Shown: positions 12,825-26,364, counted from the first letter of the stretch. The stretch: DNA of 64,000 nt from Balanoglossus misakiensis (GCA_040954595.2 CM082586.2:6913337-6977336); one strand, 5' to 3'. Notes: generated from the sequence alone by a model not told the origin. A program made the numbers and translations.

Positions 12825-15173
12825 GTTCAAGTTCAAGTTCCTGAGTGTGTATATATAGGTTCACCAGCAAACCCGCCGTGTGTATAGCCAGCTACAGTCA
12901 AAAACCCGCCGGACCGCAGTCTGTATAACACTACCACTGTTCAGACGCGAGCGCTTAGTTCCTCGCGAGGCGACTTCTGAGCCGAGAGCTCTTGATCTGA
13001 ACCATGCCCGAACAGGTCGATGTACCAGGTGCTATTAAGTTTATCGTTATCGCAGAGAAGTTTTGCGTCGTTGCGAAACACCTGGGATACACAGATAATA
13101 CGCACTCGCAACATATCTTATGTAATAAAAGCGTGATCGCATTGCCTAATGATCCTCTAAACACAGATAACCACAGGTGGTGTTGTGGTGTTGCAAATAC
13201 GCATGTATGGCCCAGGATATCAGATTTGAAAATATAAAACGTTGTTATCATATTCCATAGCCTTATAAGAACTAGGAGAAAATACTGTTGCGTTAATCAA
13301 GCGCCAGGGTTATGGCGCAACAGGTGTTCAAAAGACACCCCCAGTACAACAACTAAATTGAAAGTAAAATGTCTAGAGTTACTGGTCTGTGAAAAAACAT
13401 CTGAAAATGGTATATGACTTACCCTTAAACTTGCAAGTGCAACACGTCGACAACATGTAGAACACCGCATGGCTGTCCATTTCTGTTAGATTACTTTACA
13501 AAACTTCTGTACGAATTGGCATCAGTCTTGCACAGCATTGCCATTGCATATCCCTCACAAGAATTGAAATGAAAGCTCCGGGTCTTCTTTTGTATGTTGT
13601 AAAGCACAGTAGGGCCTATCTGTGCGTTATCTGCACAGCACAGCGAATGTCGTTTCGTCGCGATGTGTCCGATGGAAACGGACGGAATATGATGGCCGTC
13701 CATTGTCCATCCCCTCGCCAGTTTCTCAATTCTGAATTGGAAGCCGTTGATATTTTTCCATGAGCGGAATCACGCACTTGCGTACAACTGCAATCTTCGC
13801 CGTGACCTCTGGTGACCTCGGCCTGCATGCACGCTTGAAATATCTGCAAGTGTCGTTCCTCCACGTGTAGAAATCCCGTAATGGTCGCACGAACACAAAA
13901 TTAACTACCTTTTCCCAACCGTACTGGTGTGGTCGACTTAACATCATCAACTCTGTACTTTGGCAAAGGCTAAAATTTCCAAAAACCTGACTCGAATTGC
14001 GATGACAACTCGGCGACGAACTTGCAGTGACATTTCGCCTGTCGTGTTGTCTGCCGGAACTTACGTCACATACCCTATGAAGTAAAAACTATGAATCCTG
14101 GGAAACCGGGAAAAATATTACAGAACACCTGCTCCACCAGAGACGGTGAACAATATAATTTACCTGGTGAATCTATAGCATGACAGGTGCAGGTTATAGT
14201 CATCATATATCCCTTGTGAGCCGTTAACTGGCGCCCTCATGATGCTTGCCGGCACGTACTGTCGTTTTAAGCAAAACTGTCTCAGACTTGAAATTCAAAA
14301 TGGTTGCCAATATCTATGTTAATTCTGTGGAGATTTTTTTGTAAAAGGAAGCTTTATACCAACTGCAGCAGAGTTCAATTCACTGAAACGCTGACACACA
14401 GTTTGTTCATCATGACATGGTTTTATTCTCTGGTCAAAAATGCACAGTTCAATTTTTTTTCAATTATAAGCAAACGCGGGAAAAACACAACTTTTCTTTG
14501 AGGCGACATTACTAAATCTGATATGCAATTGATACATTTGTATGTAGGCTAACAAGTGAAGCGTCAAGTCCACGTTGTAGTGAAAATTGAAAATACTGCA
14601 TTTCCTCGTTCTTCCCAGTATCTTCTTTGCAGTTCCCGTTACAAGGCCAGGGCAGTCGATGTTTTAAACACGCAAGGCAGGTGTCATTCGCCAAGGACTC
14701 GGTCAAACACGTCGTAGCAAAGAAATTCAATGCAAGGTTACCAATCACCAGAGTCGATTTCAAACTTTGCGTTTGTGACCGATCTGACGCCATAAAAACG
14801 TTGAGATAATGTACACGGATATCATCATTCAGCAAAAAAGAGGAAATGTCTTGTGGGTCATAGTGTAAAAGTATATCATGCAGTTACTTCCTTCTGAGCT
14901 TTGACAGAGTGTCACTGTAGGACGCGCATAAATCATAAACTTGCTCACGGTTGCATGCTGGATCAGACTGCCTTTTTTCAGAATCCGGGTTTGTACGGAC
15001 GGAAACAATATTAATTCAATATTTCTCCAAGTAAAAAGTAAGCACGGTTTGATCGTGGATTTCTGCGATTGAGAAAAGCGTTAATTATTCAAGTTCGTAC
15101 CGATTGTTCCATCGAGGCACAGACAAAGAGAAGATATTTTTCTTTGTCTGTGGTTTGGGTTTTCAGTTTCGTT

Positions 15174-15515
15174 TTATTGCCTCACCATGGCCATCCCTCC
15201 CGGCCGACCAGCGGGCATATTCTTGATTTCCAGCGCTTCTTGACACAAGGCACAGGTGCAGCAAAATATATGAGTGCAGATATCGCCCAGCTGGGAGCCT
15301 TCAATATTCTGCATCTCGCGTATCTCGGTTCGCACAATCCCCTGACAGATCCAGTTGGCCGGGGAACAGAAATACAGCGCGCCGTGGCCGACACAGGACC
15401 GACCGACCGCCTCGGCGTTTTGTCCCGCCGTGACACAGGGCAAGAAGTACGTGGTGACGCACAGGCCGACGTCTTCAAAGCAGCCAAATAGTCCAAACTG
15501 CCAAGTACCGGACAT
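15174..15515 (-). CDS. PLAC8/cornifelin-like protein, copy 3 (intronless CDS, 113 aa)
   Basis: MSGTWQFGLFGCFED..HIFCCTCALCQEALEI. Confidence 0.93.
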   Translation of the reverse strand: MSGTWQFGLFGCFEDVGLCVTTYFLPCVTAGQNAEAVGRSCVGHGALYFCSPANWICQGIVRTEIREMQNIEGSQLGDICTHIFCCTCALCQEALEIKNMPAGRPGGMAMVRQ

Positions 15516-16145
15516 GATTTCTGGTAGTCGTCCCTCTCAAATGAAGATGTCAAGTTTAAGCTCTGAAAACTCAGAAGTGAAACAGCTGAACTGGGTTCTG
15601 CGTTAGTTGTACCTCCTTATAGCGTCTTTTAGGGTTAATCGTTAACAATTTATGTTTTGCGCGGGATCACGATTGGCTGTTTTTATTTTGGCGCAAAACT
15701 GACAACATAAACCCATAAATTCATAAGAAATTAAACACGTTCCAGATGACCCATGGCCTACTGGTACGGATCTCAAAACGAAAGTCGCACCGTTTTGCCC
15801 ACACATTTTTAATAGCGAATCTTGAGAAGTCAGTAATGAAACGGTCCATGAAACAACATTTCCCCCATTAACACAAACATAGAGAAAAGATAATGATAAG
15901 ACGGAAAAGGGATATGCACAAAGTTAAAATACACTTAGAATGGCCGTCGTATGAAAGACACGTGCTGTCTACACGTGCATACTACACAATATTTTAGAAC
16001 CCCTACTGCCAAGTAGGACAAAAACATAGGGCCTATATAAAAATCAGGAAAATGAAAATATTCTAAATGTTGAGTAGACCACTACCATATGCAGACTATA
16101 TCCGACAGGCGCCATATTTCGCATTTGTTTATGAAAAAACATATA

Positions 16146-16334
16146 CTGTAAAACACTTTATATTCGCGAAATACGCGAGAGCCAAAACAGCTTGAAAATA
16201 AAAAAGTCGCGTAATTTTTTTAAGATAACGATGCAGTGAATGAAATAAGAGAGCGCAAAAATTAATATTCGCGAAACAGTGGCCTCTCTCGATATCGTGA
16301 AAATTTTAACTCGCGAAAATAAAGTGTTTTACAG
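16146..16334. mobile_element. TA-flanked MITE (Tc1/mariner-type), family copy 1
   Basis: TA|ctgtaaaacacttta ... taaagtgttttacag|TA; same family at 54478-54684 and 61186-61392. Confidence 0.8.
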
Positions 16335-16896
16335 TATATCAAGTGTAATAATTCATACTACTCAGATGTCAAAGGTCATCATACTCCTAAGGTGATACAG
16401 GCATTTCTGTTGAAAGTTTCTGCAATATACTGATAGACCAATAAATCATTCGTATTCAGTATATTCTCAAAAACACTTCAGAGTTATTGGGTCAAAAGAT
16501 TAGATCTGTTGTCAGCATTTATCAATTTAAGTAAAGTCTTGGGTTTTTGCTCCTTTACTTCCACCTGCCCGATTCATAACCCGGACACAAGAAATTCGTT
16601 GTCAGATACGAAATTTATTGCAAAATAAGAGAAAATGCTAGTTTCTGCATGTCACAGTTCTGACAAACTTGGTTCACGTCTGTAAATAAATAAATACAAA
16701 AAAAGTCTTTGCAGCATCTTGTCAGTATTTCATGAAATCATCAAATGAAGATTTAATCTGCTGGTGCCAATTTACTACTAGGATTGGCGACCTACCACAG
16801 TTGATAGGGATTTCAAAATTAACAATTTCATGGCCTTCTGGAAAAATATCTTAAAATTCAACACCATTTTAAAAACATTTTCGTTTCAAGCCAACG

Positions 16897-18111
16897 TCAA
16901 CTTTCATCTGGAGTTTTCTTAAAAACAGCATTCTTTAGTTTGCTAAAGGTTCCTTTGTTCATGTCTTCTAATTCTTGCATACTATCTGCAATGTATATAA
17001 ACAAAATAAAAACATATTATATTGCCTCGAAATACATTTATGTGTGTAGTTATGGAACTCACTTTTCCAACAGTGATATTAGCAGCCGGGTGCTGACTGG
17101 GCGCTTTCCGGCTCTTTTCCGGGCTCTTCCTGGAGCCAAATTTTGAATGGGAATGGATTGAATCCAATATTGAGAAAATTGAATCATACCTGTAGCAACC
17201 ATTAATTTACATTCTTCAAGTGTACGTTCTGTGGCTGTTGAATCATAAAGTCTGGGATACTGTGAAGAAATGACGTCAGTCAGTTTGGTTAGCATTTCTC
17301 AGTTGACAATTGCAAGCTTGCATGTCTCTCTTGTTTCGAGACTGTTTAACCAAAATCTACCCCATGACCAACAAAAGTATATGTCCAAGGATTCACATTA
17401 CCCATGTCCCAAAACAATACGCAAAACCACCCATGGACTTAATACATTGATTGTATGAAAATAATTTTCAATTTCTGACAACAGAAGCTTTCAATTGTTA
17501 CATCCACAACTCCAATTCTCTGAACAGTCCAAGTTGATGGTTCATATGGACTTTGCATTTTTTTACACACTCTGAACTCTTACCTTATTTTTGAAGTAGT
17601 CTGTGTTGATCTTCTGTAAGTTGTCATAGATTCTGTCACATTCTTTTTCATCTGCTATCTACACACCGAAGAAAGACGCATTGCTGTGTATAGAATGCTT
17701 ATGACCGCTAATATGCATCTTAATACTCATAAAATTCCATATAATAGGACACATTCTCGGCAACTCTTACGAATTATACGTTACATCACGATTACCGCGG
17801 GCTTCGGCGACCATTACAGTTGACCTTGGACGATACGTAACAGCTGTAATTTACATATAGCTGAGGAGTCAGGTCATGTCAACTTTTGAGGTCAACTAAC
17901 GACCTACATAACATACGCATGCATCGACGACAAACGAGTTCACATTTCCAGGCTTGTAATGATAACTAACCTGGGTATTATCGCCGTGCTTGAAGGCCAG
18001 GGCGACCCTCTCTCGTATATACGCTGCTAAGTCGCGACCGCGTTTGGTTTCGTCCAACGGCCACTCTTGACACAGACGGAGAAACTTGCGATACCGACTC
18101 GCCGCTGCCAT
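16897..18111 (-). CDS. UQCC2: Ubiquinol-cytochrome c reductase complex assembly factor 2, exons 18111-17971, 17658-17584, 17259-17190, 16985-16897 (124 aa)
   Basis: [62 protein letters not shown] matches the UQCC2/MNF1 pattern; four exons splice in frame. Confidence 0.93.
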
Positions 18112-18943
18112 GATGTTTGGTTATTCAATCACTGGGTCACCGTAGAGGGCGCGCTGGTTCAGGGCTCTCTCTCCCTTCTTTGTTATGCTAAGGAGTCTAA
18201 TAGAGACAGCGAGAACATCGTCCGCTCGCACAGGTCGTAAACCGTCGTTGCCGGAACACCGGACTAGATCGACCCCATCCCCAGTCTCGCTATTTTTCGA
18301 TGAGCAAGACCTGGGCTTGCGAAGATACCAGATCAGAGACTTGCATTATTCTTCGATTGGGTTGACCGTGGTTTTAATAGTAAAAGGGATATAGTTAAAA
18401 GATATACAGGGACGATTCATATTGCGTACATCAAGGATATAGGCATGGATCTCCATGATTCACTAGGCGTGGTCTGTGTGGAGCGATCGCTGCATAGATT
18501 ATTCTGCCTCGGACTCTCCCGGCCCTCACACCGAAATACGACGACAAGGTTATGTTTCAAGAACCAACCTTTATTCCAGGAATGCTTTAAACCGTTTCAC
18601 ATGTGCGTAGTACAATAAAATCAAGCAAATATTTCAACCTCAAAAAGCTATGAATCCATGTGCATGAATACATCTCGAAATCTGACATGCAAAATTGACA
18701 TGTTTGTGCGAGTTGTGCGAGTTTTATGAAAACATGACGGTGGACAGTCTGTTTTTTTTTCTTCAAAAAACTCCTTGAAACTTTGATATAGCAAAGAATC
18801 AGAAGCTTTGGAAGACTATATGTTTTCTGAAATTCTGTCCCCGAGTCGAGGAGATTAACTGTCGACGGAAAGGCCCTTAGAGTCCCTTCTAAGTTTCAGA
18901 AGTTATCAAGTACCCTGGGTCTAGCAATTTCCGTATACTGAGG

Positions 18944-20919
18944 CTACACATCCAATTTCTTGAATGACCCCACGAGACCCCCGGCCGCGTGCTCCCCTTG
19001 TTTCTGCCCTCCCAAAACATCAGCCGTCTTTGGAAACCCGTATTTGTTGTTCTCAATGATGGCGTCTTCGCACGCCAGCAACTTGTCGGCCCATTCTTGG
19101 TTTGTGACGTTCTCAAGTGCGCCCCCATACTCCGTCGGCAGAATGGACGACGGGACATGGTCGTGGAGCGTCCCATACTCATCACCATGGAAATTAAGCT
19201 GAAGAAAAACGAAGATTGGCCAACTTTATGATTGCCATGCTTGACTAAGGTGAAGAGGAAGAATGTACTTGCAGAAATATGATTTTTTTTTCAAATTCAA
19301 CCCGGCCTTCTGATACATACATAGGAGGCCTACACTCAGTCATATACATTTTATCGTCTCCCCTCTTTTGCATACGCCCATGTACTAGTACATGTATGGT
19401 TTTTGATGTCCAAGTCTTGGCAAGACCGTTTAGCGGGTCAATTTTTTCACGTAGCCACACTGATAAAACCCGTGATAGGGTAGCTCTCAATTTTCCACGC
19501 TAAATGTGGTTGAATTTGCATGGATAACCAAAATAATATTGGCAGGGCCAAAAAGCAGACTGGACACTGGACATACAGGCACATGATGTGAGTTGAGTAT
19601 AACAAGGGGATAAAATATTTCTCCTTTTTCCCCTTTGGCCCGTGTAAACTTTCGTTGAAATCCATGTATTACTTACCCGTTTGATCAATTTCTCACTTAA
19701 AAACGGCCGAAAAAGACCAAAAAGAACATCGAATATTTTCGGTTGGTTGACGTAATGGACAGCTTTAAGGCGTAGAGGAAGTGCGTTCTGTAAAAAACAT
19801 AAACAGACGGATTTTTAAGTTTGAATACTCTATGACCATGTGAGCGCTGTGTTATCAAAATAATGAGCGCGAAAAAATTCTCACCACAATAACTATCACC
19901 ATCACCACCATCACCAATAGCCACTATGCCCACCACCACCACCACCACCACCACCACCACCACCACCACCACCACCATTATAGCTCCCCTAACGACACCA
20001 TCAATGTACTAGTCTCGGTTACCCAGACGCCTTTGCTTCTTCCGATGCTCTCCAGAAAAGGGGAGCATCGGAAGAAGCAAAGGCGTCTGGGTAACCGACA
20101 CTATCAATGTACCTGAACAGTGTCAGTCAACTTTCTGACAAGCATCGGATTCAGATGTTTGGCGTGCTTCATAGTCATTCCCGAATAATCCGCGATCATC
20201 ACAACGCCGTTGATAATCGTTTCATCCTCTTCAGACAATAACTCCATCAACATGAAAGAGCATTTTATATACGGTATGAGGGAAAACTTTTCGCCCTCCC
20301 AATTTCCGTATCCTGTAGAGAGAGAGAAAAAAAGCAGTCGTGAACAAACTCCAAAGCAATAAAAGTCAATAATAGGTAAATTTATAGACATACGCTCATA
20401 CTATAAATTACATCAGAATTGTAGAAACAAAATCAGGTTTGTGTGCTATGGTATGCAACAAACCGTGTAAAGATATTCTTTCTGGGACAACGTTGGGTTC
20501 TACGGTATTAAACTCTACGACCTTGTCTTCCTTTGTTCAAACACTTTTTTTATGCAAAAGGTAGTACCTGGCCGTAAGATAAAAACCCGTCTGCCTTCTC
20601 TATCCCTATCCGCCAGTACCAAATGAACCTGGTCTTTGAATCGTTCCAAAACGTTGGATGGTGTGAAATCGCCGTAGAAATCTTTATACTGGTCCCTCAC
20701 TTCATAGTAGTGGACCAGCGTCTTGTACGCCCGTTCCACGTTGAATTTGCGAACTCGCAGGTATCGCAACAGGAACGCGTCGTCGGTGCGGAACTTAATA
20801 TCTGGCCGCTTTTTGAACAGTTCCCGCAGTTCGTTTATTTTTTGTTGGCGCGTGTCCGGGTCCTCGTTCAGTTCCACTCTCGCTTTCTCCAACAGTTCGG
20901 GGCTCAGCTGTTTACTCAT
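18944..20919 (-). CDS. CRAL-TRIO / alpha-tocopherol transfer protein-like, paralog 1; exons 20919-20568, 20312-20113, 19787-19677, 19198-18944 (305 aa)
   Basis: A..ELNE; DDAFLLRYLRVRKF (CRAL-TRIO N); EDETIINGVVMIAD; PLRLKAVHYVNQP; ILPTEYGG; GSFKKLDV. Confidence 0.93.
19929..19977. repeat. (CCA)n microsatellite
   Basis: Trinucleotide run in intron 2 of CRAL-TRIO paralog 1. Confidence 0.95.
20010..20103. mobile_element. 94-bp hairpin element with TAG..CTA ends and 9-bp TSD
   Basis: ~41-bp near-perfect TIRs; tcaatgtac at 20001-20009 and 20104-20112. Confidence 0.88.
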
Positions 20920-22174
20920 CTCCGGTTGCACAGAAGACCCGAGTGACCTTCCGGTGTGGCAGATAAGATAGCGACGATAACACTACACGTAACACCAGTG
21001 GCTAATCTGCAACGCGACGTGTGCACAAAATGGCCGACGTGTAACCCTTGACCCTACACATATAAATATAGGACCTTGATGCCTCGCTCTACTTGTACTG
21101 CCTATGGCAAGACCCATTTTTTTTTTAACTGAAAGGCCAATTCTACGTCCCGGTAGCAGTATGCCGTGCCGGTCGCTATAGAAACAGACACGTTACTAAA
21201 GTGCTTTTTATCAGTTGTCACTGGTAGTTGGGTATATATACATGCTATGTACTCCAGACAGTATTTTTTTGGTTTATTGATTGATTCTTTTTTTAAATGT
21301 CTGATTCATTCTGACGTATATTTTCTTAAAGAGAAAATCGTTCTTTTTACATTATTTTTGCAATTTCAATTTAGTCTCGGTCATTGAGCATATTTCAGCG
21401 AAATGGACACTAAACATATATTAAGCCGTCAAAAGAAACTAAACTACTAAAATAATGCGAAAGTGAACGAGTTTTTAACATCGAAACTTTCCTAAGGCTT
21501 TAACATTGCAAGTGAGTTTTTTATGTTCGGAAAAAAAAGCTTCCGTCAAATAACATCCTTCTACATGAGACTGCCAGACAGAAGTTTGGAAAGTTTAGTG
21601 CGTATTGTGCTGAAAAGAATTCTCTAAAACACAACTGCAATTATGTTTCAGCTGCCCAGTAGCCTTTAATGTACACCACAACCTATAAATACACGGTATA
21701 TGACTCGGAGAAAGAACGTTTCTCTAGGAAGCTAACTATAATTCGGGAGACAACAGGTCATAGCCCGTAAACTTCAACAGAAACGATGTCCTTGGCAAAA
21801 CCCTCAAAAGGATGGTGACGAAACAAGTGTCATTCGATGAAGTAATGATTTATATGTCCGGCAACTTGTGTGTGTGTCTGTCAGGGTGGGTTAGTACTTG
21901 CTCGCAGGCTTGGCACACTGAATTCAATATTCTGACACAAACGTGGAGCGGTTAGCATGCAATGTCAAATGCCCATCATGACTGATGGCTGGTTGGGGTG
22001 TCAGGTCCTATACCAGGTAACTAGGTAGAGACTAGGATAAATGATGACCCCTAACACGAACAGAACTCTAATATGCATATTCGTATGACCTGTCAAACAC
22101 CTGGCCAAAACAACATGCAAATCACACTAACCGACCAATAAACCTGTCATCATTCACCCAATATTATCCAACGA

Positions 22175-24404
22175 TCACACATCCAATTTCTTGAATGAGC
22201 CCACGAGACCCCCGGCCGCGTGCTCCCCTTGTTTTTGCCCTCCCAAAACATCAGCCGTCTTCGGAAACCCGTATTTGTTGTTCTCAATGACGGCGTCTTC
22301 CCTCGACAGCAACTTGTCGATCCATTCTTGGTTTGTGACGTTCTCCAGTGCGCCCCCATACTCCGTCGGCAGAATGGACGACGGGACGTGGTCGTGGAGC
22401 GTCCCATACTCGTCACCATGGAAATGTAGCTGCAAGAAACCGTAGTATCGAATAATATCTGTCATACCATAAGCCAGAAGTTTAAATTTATGTCCCTTGA
22501 CCCACAGTTACTATGGAAAGAGAATTTGATATGAAGAACTAAACAGATCAGCTACAACTTTCATTATTTGCCAACAGCCTGAGTCGACGATATAATGTGA
22601 ATGTGATGTCGTTCACCTTGTACACAATGACTTACCCGCTTGACCATTTTCTCGTTTAAAAACGGGCGAAAGAGTCCAAATAGTACATCAAATATTTTCG
22701 GTTGATTAATGTAGTGGATAGATTTTACGCGTAGTGGCAGCGCGTTCTGAACAAGAGAGAAATAATGAACATATATTTAGAGTTTCATGGACGTACTGGA
22801 TTCCGAGCATCTTCTTTGGTGAGTGTCCGCGGCGGTTTCAGTCTCAGAAGTCGAAAGTCGATTACGTCAGTGAGTTATAGGCGTCGTTGGCAACAGAAAA
22901 TATCCTTGCGTGAGATGAGAGAGGGTGGCGATAGAAGTGACATCACATACGTACTTTACACGTACGGAGAGAAATTCATCACATCACATAACAGTCAAAC
23001 CTGTGTTAGTGGCCACCTCTATACAGTGGCCACTATGTTACAATCCCTGTGCAGTTTACATGTGCGTTAATTCACATGTCTATAAAGGCAGTTTAGGAAA
23101 CTCCCATGACTGGCCACTATAGACAGGTTGGACTGTAAAAGACGAAGAGGGCAACTACGGCGTCCAAAACACAAACCATCACCACTACTGTATTACAGTT
23201 ACGATCACCAACGCTGTCATCACTGAAAACAGCAGAACCACATTTACCTGAAAGGTATCAGCCGCTTTTCTGATAATCAGTGGATTGAGCTGTTTGGCGT
23301 GTTTCATCGTCATTCCTGAATAGTCCCCGATGAAGACGATTCCGTTGATCTGTGTCTCTTCCTCTTCCGACAACAACTCCATCAGCATCAGAGTGCATTT
23401 CATGAACGGTACGATGGAATACTTCTCGGGATCCCAATTTACTGTGGATGTGGAAATAAACACAAATATCAAATTTGGCATCGGTTGCTCGCTGCTTGAA
23501 GACAATCATGCGCGCGCGCACGCAGTATGACCAGGAAAATCCGAAGCTCAAGACGCGTTAACGTTGAAACTCTGATTGACAATTGAAAACGTTGTTCTAC
23601 GTCGTGGGTATGCGTACAATTCTAAAGACCAAATGACCAGAAACGCTCTATTGGGCAAAGCACAAGAAATGTGCTCTTTCCTGTTCTTTATCAACAGCAC
23701 TGATGAAACGTAGATCATGATCAGTCCATTCCGACTATGCAGCCCAAATCGTTTTCATTGTAGTTAGGTTGTACAATCCATGTTTCATTGCAATATAGTG
23801 GTTATACTCGTACAGGCACCGTCGCCTGGGGTTTAAGCGTTTATTTACGTCGGAGCTTTGTTTGGTATAGAGCAGTCGTACACTCTTTACAGGTGGCTTG
23901 ACCTCAATATGACCTTAAAGTGTCTCCCAAGTGACTTTTCGCACAGCCAAGTATTAAAAGCTGTGCATCCCCATTTGCTTTTTGTGGGTAATGCGGGGGG
24001 TGTTCAAATTCAAATGCGGGACCAAGGCCTACATGTATGTTGGCGCTAATACCTGGCTTTACGATGAAAACCCGCCTGCCGTCACTGTCTCTGTCCGCCA
24101 GGATCAAGTGAACGTGGTCTTTGAGTCGTTCGATAACTTGGGATGGTGTGAAATCGGTGAAGAACTCCTTATACTGGTCTCTCACTTCATAGTAGTGGAC
24201 CAGAGTCTTGTACGCCCGTTCCACGCTGAATTTGCGAACTCGCAGGTACCGCAACAGGAAGGCGTCGTCGGTGCGGAACTTAATATCTGGCCGCTTTTTG
24301 AACAGTTCCCGCAGTTCGTTTAATTTTTGTTGGCGCGTGTCCGGGTCCTCGTTCAGTTCCACTCTCGCTTTCTCCAATAACCGTGAGCTGAGTTCGCTGC
24401 TCAT
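22175..24404 (-). CDS. CRAL-TRIO / alpha-TTP-like, paralog 2; exons 24404-24053, 23441-23248, 22746-22636, 22429-22175 (303 aa)
   Basis: Same motifs and intron phases as paralog 1. Confidence 0.93.
22992..23135. mobile_element. pogo/Tigger-like MITE
   Basis: cagtcaaacctgt ... acaggttggactg|TA; related fragments at ~48095-48148 and ~49137-49279. Confidence 0.7.
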
Positions 24405-26034
24405 CTTCAGTCGCAAACTCTGGTGACCCGTACTCCCAGTAGATCAGATAAGCCACAAAATTTCACACGAGCTGCCTATCTCACAGTGTGCAGGCTAGAG
24501 CAACGTGTGAACAAAATTCAAAATGGCCGCCGTTCAACCTTTTGCCTTGACCCCCGTCAACGTGCAATAACCAGGCCGACATTCAGCGAAATTGTGTCAC
24601 CCGTCACCGTGCTATTGGAACTTGAACCGAACTCGAAAATTGTCTAGCTAAACCCCTTGCTTTTCTTTGTTGGAAGTTTCAGTAAAATGATAACCTTACT
24701 TTTGCGCTTAAAAGTGCTTTCAGTTAAATTTAAAAGTGAGTGAGCCGGGTTATTTGGTCATCATCATCACCACCGCCATTCCATAGTGTTGTAAGTGATT
24801 TCTATTCTCAAGGTATAAACAAACAGAAGCAGAAGTTCTCAAAGGCAGTGTCTATACGAGTCCGCCATTTAAAATGGGTGAAAATAATTAGTCCAGCTCT
24901 TTTTAGAGTCGCGTCTTGGAGGTGACTGGAGGTGTAGTATCCCATCCCATAGCTGCACCTGGTACCACCGGTAAGCTGAAAAGCCGCTTTTTTACGACAA
25001 AGTCTTGTGCGCAGTTCTCGAGATGATTTATGTCAGGTTTGTTGTACCGTTGGTTTGAGTACTCCAACGAGAGCAGCCGCTGCGTCTCCAAATATGTATC
25101 ATATATGACTGTGTGCATAACACTAATAATTTGTGATTGGCACCTTCGAATGATCTATGGCGAATATGAATAATACAAAGATTCACAGTTACCATCTGCT
25201 AGACGTGTTTGTTTGAGAAAAATAAATATCGCTGACATCTCAGAATGAATTATGGCATTTTTAATCCGGAAAATATTAGAGCAGCCGTTATCTGTATTTT
25301 AATATCACAGACTTGTCAAGAACCGCTTCGTCACCAAACTCGATTACATATTGCATCCCGATGCTGCGACCATTGACCTTGGTTTGTATAGGCCAGCTTG
25401 CCAACTGATTTTGTGTTATAATAAAAACATGAAAATGGTAATTTCTCAGATGTGGCTTTCCGGGCGCTTTGCACGCCGGCATGTGTGGACTGACATGCAC
25501 GTGAACTGGTAAAGAATAAGTGTGCGGTACGTGATGAGTTGTGCGTGCGCGCGCGCGCGAGTGCGTGCATGGTATGCAAATACTCACTGGAGGCAAATAA
25601 TGAAACGAATTACGACAAAACAACTGGGCATGCGCCGCGCCTGTCCCTATGCGTGCTTCGCGCCCGTAGTCAGGCCGAGTCATATACATGACTGTAAAAT
25701 TTATGATCATCTATAAACAACGAATGTGTCATGTTTTGATTAGTTGTGTTGTGGTGATCAGTTGCCATGATAACAACTGAACAAACATACACACCACACC
25801 GGCGCCTTTTTTTCTACCAAATATGGCACTTGAGGGGGTAACATACAATAATCGAATTTACATGCCAGGTTGTCGGCATGAAACTGGCCAATCGCGGTAG
25901 AACTTTTACTCGCCCAATCATAAACAATCAATGATTAACCCCATGGGAAATAAAAGGGGGAAACTGGACTCAGTTGCTTAATTTCTGTTCAAAAGGATCC
26001 TTCTCGTGAAAGTAAACGTGCAGATACACTGAAT

Positions 26035-26364
26035 ATGTCCGGAACGTGGCAAAATGGTCTCTTCGGGTGCTTCGGCGACTGCGGCCTGTGCGTGATCACG
26101 TACTTTCTGCCGTGTGTGACGGCCGGGCGGAACGCCGAAGCGATGGGCAAGTCGTGCATAGTCCACGGCCTGCTGTTCTTCGTCCCGGTCGCCAACTGGC
26201 TGTGCCCGGCGACGGTGAGAGGAGAGATCCGCGAGAGCAAGGGCATCGAGGGATCGATGCTGGGCGATATCTGCGTGATGTGCTTCTGTCCATGCTGCGC
26301 GCTCGTCCAGTCGGCGAGGGAACTGAAGGGCGAGCCGGGAAGCGGGTCCATGGTGAGACAGTAG
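26035..26364 (+). CDS. PLAC8/cornifelin-like protein, copy 4 (intronless CDS, 109 aa)
   Basis: MSGTWQNGLFGCFGD..CFCPCCALVQSAREL. Confidence 0.93.
   Translation: MSGTWQNGLFGCFGDCGLCVITYFLPCVTAGRNAEAMGKSCIVHGLLFFVPVANWLCPATVRGEIRESKGIEGSMLGDICVMCFCPCCALVQSARELKGEPGSGSMVRQ

Noticed and set aside
18198-18340. Weak inverted repeats upstream of UQCC2
   Set aside because: Too degenerate to define an element or RNA gene
19697-19978. Poly-Val ORF
   Set aside because: Translation of the intronic (CCA)n repeat running out of frame into exon 3
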